Below, in pieces: positions 12,826-24,700 of a stretch of DNA of 64,000 bases (positions within the stretch are counted from its first letter, which is position 1; every line of letters begins with the position of its first letter). This DNA is from Tubulanus polymorphus (Eukaryota > Animalia > Nemertea). The notes beneath the pieces were generated by a model. The model ran no database searches. It saw nothing but the letters and a program-made list of their open reading frames with translations, and was not told the DNA's origin. The stretch lies in contig NC_134031.1 in assembly GCF_964204645.1 (NCBI RefSeq), positions 15,859,807 through 15,923,806 on the forward strand, given 5' to 3'. The position numbers and the translations under genes were made by a program.

Positions 12826-14692
12826 TTATTGTATCACTATCGCAGAAAAACAGCCTATAGTCAGTAAAACAGACACGGTAAAATAAATTATTAGTGCAAA
12901 TCGATCCAATACCCTAGCGACACGGATCCAATCGTGATTTTCGGGCATCATCTCCTCTTGCTCCGGTTTTTCGACCACTTCACACGATTTTCTGTAACCG
13001 GTGCCGCAGACGATGGGACCGATGACGCCGGAAAACTTTCGCAGCCAATCGGGAACGGCGTAGTCGTTTTTGTAGAAGATACGAATGACGCAGACAGAAA
13101 CAGCAACCGAGAAAATCAACATCATCACCATGCAGCTGAGGTAAACCACTGGAAATAGACGAATTAGTGAAAGATTGAAAAAACTTTACTCATTTCCACA
13201 GAAGCCTGACACAAAAGGTTTTTGACCCCAATATCCTAGGTATTATATATAAAAAACTTGTATATCTTTATATCTTTTTAACTTTTTATATATAGTACCT
13301 AGGATATAGTGGGGTCAAAAACTTATTGTGTCAGGCCCCAGTGCACATTTCAAAACGATGGTGCGTGCATACATGCACAATATCGTGTGAATTAAGTGTT
13401 CAATTCTTAAAATGTTTCCGATGATTAGTTTTCACTATCGATGATTACCTATGATCGGTGTTTTCGAGGTTTTGGGGATGTTATCGGCTAGCAACAGTTG
13501 AAACACAGAACACGTCACTAGCACCGTGATACTCAACGAGATCTTTTCTCCCGATTCTGTCGGAAGCAGGAAAACCATGTGCGTCAGAAACGATAAAGCG
13601 ATGAGGGGCACGACGATATTCACGACGAAGTATTTCGGTCGTCTCGAAATGAGGATCGTCGCTTTGAAACTGCTCCATTGATTATAACCGGGAATGTTTA
13701 GCGTGGACGTATACGCGTAGGTATCCTCCAAATTCCAAACCTCACTGGGCACGAAAACCGATTTCTCCAAACGTGTCATCAGCGCCGTCAGTTTCAATTT
13801 ATACTCGTCGTACAGCCAGCTGTCGAAGTCTATCGTCACGTTGTGGGAATCGAACGGGAAATATGTCATGTCCAACTCGGTGCTCATCGTCAGTTTTAGA
13901 GGCGGATACCATTCGACTTTGCCGTTCGAGCGTACCAGTACCCGGGTATTGTCACTATCCTCCAATCGGGTCGTCATTGGAATGCTGAAAAATACATGCT
14001 GTATAAAGTAGAAATCGACATTAAAATATACAGTTCAGTGTTGTCAGTTGTATTCAAATTTGTCAATGAGAAGTCAGTCTCAGTCCGACCTGCGTCGTAC
14101 GACCATGTTAGGATCCCAAATGTCCCTCAAGAAGACATGTACGTAATCGACGCCGCCGTATTGTGACGTATTCCACGCCAGGGTTCTATCAATCCAGTGC
14201 TGGAATTAGAAACGAATGGAAGAAAAAAAATATATCAAGATTTAGAAAATGGAAGTTTAGAAACTTCGGCTATCTCACCATTCCCAGGTAGGCGCCTATT
14301 GTAACAGTTTGTTCTCGTTCGTTCTGGAAGAGTCAATTTAGATATATTTGAAGCCAACTGACCCAATTCGACACCGATAGAATTAACTGGGAAATCATCA
14401 ACTCACGACTTCGATCAACTGCACAATTCCAAGTTTCATGCCTATTTCGAACACATCTGTATGATTGACAACTGGTCTGACCAGCGCGCTCCTCGGTTTT
14501 GCCATCAAGTCAGCGACACAACGTTCCGCATCGGTCAAAACAGCCGCGCTCTCTGCATCTGATAGAAAAAGCTTGACTCATTTCCATCGGGACGTAATCA
14601 TGATACATACACACTTTAGAAGAAATGGAAAAATTACCTTTGCAGAAAACTGTTAACGCAGATCCGAGGAATACGAAAAATACCCGCAACAT
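12826..14692 (-). CDS. Nicotinic acetylcholine receptor-like pentameric ligand-gated cation channel subunit, lacking the Cys-loop cysteines
   Basis: Six exons (approximate 14692-14638, 14558-14407, 14324-14279, 14199-14089, 13985-13447, 13149-12826). Signal peptide MLRVFFVFLGSA..., LVRPVVN, WIDRTLAW, IWDPNM, G.VEWYPP, DMTYFPFD, SWLYD, RRPKYFVVNIVVP (M1), LPTESGEKISLSITVL (cation-type M2) and WIRVARVLDR (pre-M4). Confidence 0.9.
13196..13345. mobile_element. Palindromic MITE in a channel-gene intron
   Basis: GCCTGACACAA...TTTTGACCCCAATATCCTAGGTA / TACCTAGGATATAGTGGGGTCAAAA...TTGTGTCAGGC. Confidence 0.7.
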
Positions 14693-15390
14693 ACTGGTGC
14701 CAATCTAAATGTCGGACTGATAAAACGTTTAGTGACTCTCGGCTGTAGAAGTAATGAAATTACCACTAGATTGCATGTTTTGCTGACGTATCCAACACAT
14801 CCAAGCTATAACACAACAGTATGAATTAGGATGGATATAAAACGGCAGAAAAGAGTAAATGCGAAGCACTAATATTATATGAATGGGCCCCATGGGTTCA
14901 AAACCCGTGCGTAATAAAAATGAAGCTGAACAAAACACTCTTCAGCAATGCACACATTTTAATGCACGAATTCGACATTTCGATACACCTTCAAAATAAT
15001 TCGTGACGTTACACAGTATATGAAGAACCTTTTCACGAACAAGAAATATGTTGACGCTCGAACCTGAAATACGATGTCAATTTTGAGTCGTCATTGGTTT
15101 TATATCTTTACACTTTTTAATCTCTGATGTGATATCGAGATCACTGTCATTAGCAAACATGAATAATACATATAATTTGTATTTTTCCGTATTTGCTAAT
15201 GACAATAGATACACACAGTCGATCTAGTAGAATGTCAAGTATAGCTATCAAGTAAGTAATGCAGAATACATCGGGAAAATCGTTCTTTATACAAACTAGT
15301 GTCATCGCAACCGACGTGAATTATAGAGAAAACCATTTGAATCCTCCAGAAGTCATAGTATATGAATGGTGTCTAGAATATGGTCGAGAC

Positions 15391-16036
15391 AATGAGCCTT
15401 TTTACAGTTTCCAGCAGGCGCCATTTTTTGGGCACCCACCGAGTCCGCATTGTTGAATTTTTCGTCCCTATTTTTTACCGTTTATTTTTTTTTATTTCAT
15501 TCATATCTCTGGATTGGATTAAGATAGAAACAAAGTGAAAATAACGATGAATTCAGCTAATAATTAACTTTTTAATGATATTACTCAATCATAAAGTTAA
15601 CGCAATGAAGTTTGACTCGCAGTTACTTAAAAACTAATAAAGATAATTGAAAACGGTAAAAAGTATATAAGACCACATATAGATGTCTATTGATCCTGAA
15701 AACTCCAAAAATGTAGATTAAAATTTGCAAGAATTACGAACTTTTGAATGGGATGAGCTATAATTCAAGTTGAATTATCGGGAAGACGATATCAATGTTT
15801 ATAACTTCACCAGCGCGCATTGTTGCATTAACTTTATAAATGAGTGATATCATAAAAAAATCTAATTGTCAGCTGAATTCATTGATATTTTACTTTGTTT
15901 CTATCTTAATCCAATCCAGAGATATGAACGAAATAAAAAAAATTAAACCGGAATAAAATAGGGACAAAAAATTCAACAATGCGGACCCGGCGGGTACCCA
16001 AAAAAATGGTGCCTGGAAACTGTAAAAAGGCTTATT
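15391..16036. mobile_element. Fold-back/MITE element with ~220-bp inverted arms
   Basis: AATGAGCCTTTTTACAGTTTCCAG... is mirrored by ...CTGGAAACTGTAAAAAGGCTTATT. It lies between the divergent channel and Ig genes. Confidence 0.75.
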
Positions 16037-16209
16037 CACGAAACAACTTATCAATAAGAACTTTTTCTCCGCATAAATACACATTACCAGATAATTTACG
16101 GAGGGTCCACGTTTAACTTATCTGGGTTATAACAATTGTTGAAATTGTTGTTTGTTATGTGATGATGTTTCGTATCATCGTTACATAACCGTAAGAACAT
16201 CAGAGAAAC

Positions 16210-18336
16210 ATGGACCGATCACGCATGTGCGTAATAATATTATGTTTAATCGGCCGCAGTTTTGCCCAGGTAGGAGAATTCTGAGAATCTTGACTTTCCT
16301 GTTTAGTTAATCAGTGATTTTATTTCTATGGGACCGTGATGATAAGTTGGTTTTCTTTTTGCAAGGACCTGTGTTCGGATGTTTTGGGGAAAGCGACACA
16401 AATCACCAACCGCAAAGACAAACCATCGTTAGAAATAATAATTGAGACTGGTCTTGAAGTGGAGATTGTTTGGCTTTTGAATCGTGTTCCGATAATTTGT
16501 ATGTACATAATACATGTCACAGATCTAGTCGTTCAAAACAAAATTATCTTAGCTATATTTGATACTTTGAGTTCTTGAAACGTTGAGGTCGAACCAATGA
16601 TTTCTAAGCTACTTGTCGCAATCGATAACCACCCAATCACCTAAGTGGATCCAATTTCGGTTACTATATTTTGACATTCGATCCAAAGAATTCATTTTTT
16701 CAAGCAATTAACACCTGATCCATTTCTAATTCTATAGCTGATGAAAACTACATGATTGTGACGAATCAAACGGGAACCACAACCCGATCGAAGATGTCGA
16801 TAGACACGTCACAATCGATGCTACTAATAAATCAAACAAACTCGTTCCGGGTGTGGGTTGCCCTTAAAGGTTGCCAAACCCATACATTTGATGCTCGTTT
16901 TTTGACGAACGAAGACGCGAGATTTGAAATGGTGTTGGGAACTTTGGAATCGACCCCGGCAGTTTTGTTTCTCGAAGACGACCCAAATCGAATAGAACTG
17001 GAGGTAAAAACGACGGTTCCCGCGCATAAAGCCGACTTCGGTATAATACGTGGTCCACTCAATATCTATAGATGGCGTTATCGATCCACGACGAATGGTA
17101 CAGAACAGTTCAGACAATTGTACAGCTCTGGAAAGGAAGATCACGTGAAATCTTCGTGGCCCTCGGATAAATCATTTTCCTACGAGAGATCATTCGTCAT
17201 AAAAACGCCAAATAAACAACGGGATGCCGGTCTGTACTGCGTTGACGTGATATACTACGGGGACTACGGGTTGGATAGGCCGCGTGTACGAACGTGCGTC
17301 GCCGTTCAGTCGAGAGCAGATATGGACGTCATTAAAGGGATGAAGGTACGATTGATGGAAGTACTGGACAGGAGTACAAATCCTAATTTCGGCGATACGA
17401 TTGACGCTTACGGATCTGTACCTGTGGTAAAAGGCATGGGTACGTAATGTTTAAAACTCTTTCAAAGTAAAATCGACCGAAGAATTACTTTAAAAAGAGC
17501 ATGGTTAGTTTTGTAATGTAATGTATCTTCTTTTTTCGAATCGGATCAAATGATCAAACTTTCGAATTCTTGTTTCTATAAATTCGAATGGCTTTTCTTT
17601 TCGTAGCAAACGGTTTAAAGGTGGCTGTGTATGGCTACCCGGCACCGCCTATAACCGTTTACAAGGTTCACAACCGCGAAGTTGTCAAACCAGTAACGGT
17701 TGAGAATAATGGTGTATACACGATGAACTGGTATTATTTACCGCCGAATAAAGATCCCAAAGAGACCTGGACCATGGAGGCCGGCAACCAAGGCAGACTA
17801 ATACCGTTTACTAAAATAAAACCTATCAAGATCCTTGGACGCCACAGCCAACCAAGATACCTTAAACCGGGCATTCACTTCGTAAGAGACTTTCATTCGA
17901 TTTGATTATAATGTTGACATATTCTAACTAAGACTTAGTTAATTTCGATAACAAATTTAAGAAATTCAGACCAGTCTATAACGACCGTATGCCCCATGTT
18001 GAATAAGCGATTTATGTAGGAAGTATCCTTTTGGAAACTTCGGTTTACTGTTGCTTGATTTTTGTTTTTCAGATCGAATGGATTTGCGCAGCAACCGGTT
18101 TCCCTCGGCCTGAAATCACGTTTTACGAGGTAAATTGGCCTTTCGCTACATTTCCCAACATGGGAAAACGCGTCAAGCGAGTAATACCTAGCCATAAAAC
18201 GTTGACTTCTACCGACATGATCGCCAGCATGGTCCAGATGCACGTCGACAATAATACGATAACTAATTTCGAATGTAAAATTTCTAACTTGTACGAAAAT
18301 AGAAGCAAGATTTTGCACGTTCGTACTTTGAAATAG
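16210..18336 (+). CDS. Secreted Ig-like-domain protein, paralog 1
   Basis: Exons ~16210-16269 (signal peptide MDRSRMCVIILCLIGRSFAQ), 16366-16499, 16738-17439, 17607-17880, 18073-18336. Ig-like motifs DAGLYC, VYGYPAPPITVYK and WICAATGFPRPEITFY...FECKISN. No transmembrane segment. Confidence 0.75.
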
Positions 18337-18571
18337 TAACAGTTGATCATCGTTGACCAGAGACTTGCTGAACGGTCAGTTGAGAACGTATAAAGTTGCG
18401 TCTTAGAAAAGAACAATACTCTTAATAAATATGTAGCTTGGCTGATATTCAATGTCGCTCTATAATGTATGTCTATATAACGCGAATTATAATGTATTGT
18501 GTATTCAATCTCGCAATGTGCATTCAATCTCCTTGAAAAAATAAAATTTCCGGAAGATAAGAAATTCTTAC

Positions 18572-18813
18572 TAGAGCTGATGGGTTGAAATTGAGTTTCC
18601 GGAGCGAGACCGTTTGTCCCGTTGCCCGCACTTCAAAAGAATATGTTGATGCATCTTCACCAGTTTCGGGTTCACTAATGCCGTTCCTGTTGGTGACGGC
18701 GAGTTCGGGATACTGGGCCCTTGGCAAGCGAGGAGGAGCCTGATGAGCGGTCATTCTTAATCTATCGGGTTTAACTGCCACGAATATCACCGCCGTCTCG
18801 TGGCGGAGATTGT
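18572..18813 (-). other. Isolated putative coding exon (orphan or decayed gene fragment)
   Basis: GC-richer open frame (DNLRHETAVIFVAVKPDRL...RKLNFNPSAL) bounded by tttcag and gtaag on the minus strand. No partner exons identified. Confidence 0.35.
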
Positions 18814-19264
18814 CTGAAAGACTGAAGTGAAAAACCTCGAGTAAATCGACCATTCATTAAGAATTCCATCATTGATCGGATATACACGCAATACAGAAGA
18901 GCCGTTATATACATTTTATGTTTTCAAGCTTCCGATGTATAATGTTTCGGATGTGTCTAGTTCAAGAGTTACTATTTATGTTTTCTTTACTCGTTGCGAC
19001 ACTAATAATCGTTAATTATGGCCAGTAATAAGAAATACATGTAACGACTGTGAATTTGTACGTAACAATATAATTATTCTATTACTATTTTAAAAAAAAT
19101 GACCCAGACAATATTACAAATATGCGGATATCAGAGCTTATACCAAACATTGCTTATTATCGTGAACAAATCATCACTATTTGGGTTAAAACGAAGCGAG
19201 TAATTGTTGAAGTTGTTTGATATGATGACTTGGGGATATTACGTTGTTGATTATCTGTAGAAAC

Positions 19265-21556
19265 ATGGACCGATCACGTATATGCGTATTGATATCATGT
19301 ATAGCCGGCTTCAGTTTGGCCCAGGTAGGAGAATTCTCGGAATCCCGTCGTGTTCAATTAATCAGTCGTTTTACCTTCGAGACCGACACCAGCTTGAAAT
19401 GATATAAAAACGCTATTTTCATTATCTATATTTGATAATCTGATTCTACTTTGCAAGGATCTGTGTTCAGACGTTTTGGGGAAAGTGACACAAATCACCA
19501 ACCGCAAAGACAACCTATCGTTAGAAATAACGATTAAGACTGGTCTTGAAGTGGAGATTGTTTGGATTTTGAATGGTGTTCCCATGATTTGTACGTATCT
19601 ATACATCTGACGGACTTTTTAGTCGTTCGAAATAAAAATTATCCAACCTACATATCGATTTTGTTACCAATTACCAACACAAATCGTATTATTTTATTGA
19701 ACTTTCCAAAGCTTTCGATACGATACGAAAGCTATTTCGATTTACATTTCGCTCCTCTCTGCTCACTATACTAGACCTCTAGAATTAATTTTTCAAGAAA
19801 CAAACACTGATTCATGTTTAATCCAATAGCTGATGAAAACTACACAATTGTGACGAATCGGACGGGAACCACAACCCGATCAAAGATATTGATAGATGTT
19901 TCACAGACGACGATAGTAAAAAATCGACGAAACTCGTTCCTGGCAAGGGTTGTATTTAAAGGTTGTCAGACCCATACATTTGAGGCGAACGTTTTCGAAG
20001 ACGGAATATTTGAAATAGTATTGGGTACTATAGAATCAACCCCGGCAATTCTATTCCTCGAAGACGAACCAAGACGAATAGAACTGAACGTAAAAATGAC
20101 GGTTCCCCATACAGACCCGAATTTGGTGGTTTAAGTCATCCAATAAAAATTCATAGATGGCGTTATCGCGCCACAACGAATGGCACACTAAAGTTCAACT
20201 ACTTGGAGCGTCCTGGACATGACAGCTCCGCCAAATTCTCGTGGCTTTCACGAAATCTATTTTCCTACGAAAGATTCAACGTCATTGAAACACCAAATAA
20301 ACAACGTCATACGGGTCTGTATTGTGTTGCCGTAGTTTACTTTGGATATTTTCGGTTGGAGAAGTGGCGGTTACGAACGTGCGTCGCCGTTCAGTCGAGA
20401 GCCGATATGGGCGTCATTAAAGGGACAAAGGTGCAATTGATGGAAGTACTGGACAGGAGTACAAATCCTAATTTCGGCGATACGATTGACGCTTACGGAT
20501 CTGTACCATTGGCAGAAGGCATGGGTACGTAATATATCATCGCCGCTATAAATAATATAATCTTCGTTTTACACTGATTTCGAGTGTAACTTTGGGACCA
20601 AAGTGAACAGACTTTTGAATTGTAACAATAACTATTCGAACTGATTAAATCTCAGTGTGGAGTAAACAAATACAAACCCAGATTTTAGTTTCTCTGATGA
20701 TGGCGTTTAGTAGTAACCCCGAAACTGCCAAGTAATAAATTTTTCTATATATCTACTGTGGGTTTTTATTTGTTAACTATTCAATATTTTTGGCAGCAAA
20801 TGGTATAGGAGTGTCTGTATGCGGATACCCGGCGCCACCTATAACAGTTTACAAGGTTCACAACCGCGAAGTTATCAAACCAGTAACGGTTGAGAATAAC
20901 GGCGTCTGCGAGACGAACTGGTATCATCTACCGCCAAATAAAGATGCCAAAGAGACCTGGACCATGGAGGCCGGCAACCAAGGCAGACTAATACCGTTTA
21001 CTAGAATAAAACCCATCCAGACCCTTGGAAGCCGCCGCCAAAAAAGATACCTTAAACCGGGCATTCACACCGTAAGTGACTTTATTCGATTCGGTTTAGA
21101 TGATAACATATCTTTAGTCACGTTGCTGGGTCCACCGATAAACCGGGCTAAGTTCATTTCGATAACGAATTTATTACATTCAGACCTGTCTAACAATCTT
21201 AAATAACGCTGTTGAATTAGCTAATTATGTTTCGAAAATACTTTTGAAAAGTTTTTGTTTTAAATGTTTGCTGATTTTCGTTTCAGATCGAATGGATTTG
21301 TGCAGCGACTGGTTACCCTCGCCCGAAAATCACATTTTACGAGCTGAATTGGCCTTTCAGATCATTTGCCAGCGTGCACGAAGACGCTAGGCGAGTAATA
21401 CTAAGCCGTAAAACGTTGACTTCTACCGACATGATCGCCACCATGGTTCAGATGCACGTCTTCAATAATACGATAACTAATTTCGCCTGTAGAATTTCTA
21501 ATTTGTACGAAAATAGAGGCAATTTGTTGGAAGTTCGTACTTTGTCAAGTGACTGA
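19265..21556 (+). pseudogene. Ig-like-domain protein paralog 2, with a 1-nt frameshift in exon 3
   Basis: Same five-exon layout as paralog 1. The frame breaks near 20108-20113: VPHTDPNLVV* versus the shifted frame RPEFGGLSHPIKIHRWRYRATTNG, which aligns with paralog 1 KADFGIIRGPLNIYRWRYRSTTNG. An assembly indel is also possible. Confidence 0.65.
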
Positions 21557-21738
21557 TCGTATGGTGAGACTGGGCGGTCAGTCGATCGATAGGTGTATTT
21601 TAGAAAAGAGCGATTCATTACGTTACATGTAGTCTATACTTTGTCCTTTGTGAAGTTCAATAAATCCTATTCATAAATATATAAGACATACATTTTTTTC
21701 GTTTGTTCAACTACGGTACTATAAGTTATTGGCTTATC

Positions 21739-24700
21739 GAAGAAGGTATCTCATCTCGTGGGGGTTCCCTAGTTTACGTCACATCCTGTTATTGGGTCAG
21801 GGTTACTAAGCACCGTTGCTGGTTGAAGAAGGCATCCCGACGGGGGTTTCCTATTTGACGTCACTTCCAGTTAATAGTTCAGCGGTTGCTAAGTGCTGTT
21901 GCTGGTTGCTACAGACTCGAATTCCGCTTCAGCAAGCGAAAAAACCGATACGCCGAAAAAAACTGCTCAACAACGAAGAAAACTTTGAAATAAGAGCCCA
22001 AAATAAGAGAATTGTGTCTAAATTTCATCAAATTGAAATCTAAAGGTGAGATAAGATCTGTAACTTGGACTTGAGTTTTAGAGTTGATGATTTTGTTGAA
22101 TAATTTGTCGAGTGAACAGTCTTCAACTAACCGCTTTAGATCTTCAAAACTTTACAACTGCAGTTTACTTTTTATAGCGAATATGTTTCGAAATCTTTTT
22201 GGAATGTAGCACGCATTCATCTGGTCAAATGATTTCAAGTCAGACTCCTTGAAATTAGAGGCGTGAATGCGTGATAAAGAGTAATTGATAAATGAATATG
22301 CGGTTAATTGAAGACTGTTTTACCGACCTCGTTTACTACTGGTAACGATTCAGTAAATACGTCGAAAGTGGATTCAATTTCATAAATTCTTATCAACTAT
22401 TTGAAATTGATTATTTTCATAACTAGGTTTAGTCTTTGGGTCTAATTCATTCTTTTTTATTCTTCAGAGAGTTTAGAAAAATAAATGCATTATTATTTTT
22501 CTAAACTATTACGATCATATTTACTCAAAACGTTAGTTTATATAAAAGTATCTCTATTTATTTTAAACGACAAAATGCGTCACGTGCATCTATCAAACAT
22601 TTTGAATTTTAAATAGCTCTTTTTCCATCCGTTGATGTTTTTAATCATAAATTACCAATAGAATCAATTAATTTTTATTACCAATGCTGTCTGATGGCAT
22701 GATCGCCGCTATGATTTGGCCACAAAATCGTCGACAGCATATGTCTATAGTTTAAGAATGACCGCATCAAGCTATTCATGTATAATACTTAACGTGGATG
22801 TAATGAAATAAACGGCAAAAAGGGAAGCGCTCTATCAGGAGTGAAGCCAAAACGGCCCAGGCCTTCCTAATTTTTTTTCTGAAAAATCATATCTTCTCAA
22901 ACAGGCTTAAGAAAGTTACAAATACAGTGACAATTTATTGCCGGTCATTTTGTTCTAGAATCACTCTAGCCTTCAAAAAATATTCAAAAATTTCTTGAGG
23001 TTGGGCCCCCAAACCCCTCGTAGGACGCTTCGCTCCTAAGCTCGCGCGGTCATGATGTACCAAATTCGTGTATACAACCAGGCCTCGGGAACCCTCCCCT
23101 TATTCTCAATTCCTGGGTCCACCCCTGTCTACATATACTTCATGCCCTTCATTTATAAAGTGAGAGTGAGATCTTTAAGTGTTTCCTATGAATATCAACG
23201 TATATTTTACCGACCACACATGAACTATAGTTTATTACATTCGACCCACCCACGTTATCCCCTAGATTCAACAAAACGCTTCCCTAAGCATTTACTATTT
23301 CCGAGTTTATTTAATAAATGGAAAGAATTGCTTCTCGTATCAAACTTTATCAAGAGTAGAATTCATTTATCACAGCTTAATATACCGAGGGATTTATTTC
23401 CTTGGATCAATTTATTAGGGGAGAGATAGTCACGGGTAGATAAGATACTTTACCAACTCAGGAGGAGGGTGTTTCCACGATGACGTCATGATCATTGGGT
23501 TGAGATTGGTATCCCGCGGTATCCCATGGGCTTTTCCGATTTGACGTCACATCCTGCAGTGGGCCCAGGGGTTGCTAAGAAGGTTGGGTTGCTAAGTGCT
23601 GTTGCTGGTTGTTACAGACACGAATCCCGCTTCATCAAGTAAAAAAAAAAGATGCGCTCGAAAACTCTTTAAAAGTGAACAAAACAAGAGTCCAATTACT
23701 TCTGAAACTTATCAAATTGATATCTAAAGGTGAGATAAGATCTGTAACATGGACTTGAGTTTTAGAGTTGATGATTTTGTTGAATAATTTGTCGAGTGAA
23801 CAGTCTTCATCTAACCGCTTTAGATCTTCAAAACTTTCCAAATTAAGTTTACTTTTTATAGCGAATATGTTTCGAAATCGTTTTGAAATGTCGCACGCAT
23901 TCATCTGGTCAAATGATTTCAAGTCAGACTCCTTGAAATTAGAGGCGTGAATGCGTGATAAAGAGTAATTGATAAATGAATATGCGGTTAATTGAAGATT
24001 GTTTTACCGACCTCGTTTACTACTGGTAACGATTCAGTAAATACGTCACAACCTTCCCGTTATCCCTTCGCATTCTATTTCACATTACAATCTCTCCAGA
24101 ATTATTCAGACATCATTCATAACTTAGGATGAAATTCATTTAGTTTCCCATTCGAAAGGAAATTCAGAATTAGGTTACTTTGAAAGTGGAATGAATTTCA
24201 TAAATGCTTATCAACTATTTGAAATTGATTGTTTTGATAACTAGGTTTAGTCTTCGGGTCTAATTCATTCTTCTTTTTTTTTCTTCAGAAAGTTTAAAAA
24301 AATAAATGCATTATTATTTTTCTAAATGATTACGATCATATTTACTCAAAACGTTAGTTTATATAAAAGTATCTCTATTAATTGTAAACGACAAAATGCG
24401 TCACGTGCATCTATCAAACATTTTGAATTTTGAATAGCTCTTTTTCCATCCGTTGATGGTTTTAAACATAAATTACCGATAGAATAAATTAAGTTTTATT
24501 ACCAATGCTGTCTGATGGCATGATCGCCGCTATGATTTGGCCACAAAATCGTCGACAGCATCTTATGTCTACAGTTTAAGAATGACCGCGTCAAGCTATT
24601 CCTGTGTAATACTTAACGTGGGTGTAATGAAATAAACGGTTACAAGGTAAGCGCTCTATCAGGAGCTAAGCCAAAACGGCCCAGGCCTTCCTAATTTTTT

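Noticed and set aside
23635-23922. Minus-strand ORF KSFDQMNAC... recurring in the 1.8-kb units
   Set aside because: Recurrence follows from near-identical duplication. The 3' ends differ through stops and frameshifts between copies, and no domain is recognisable.
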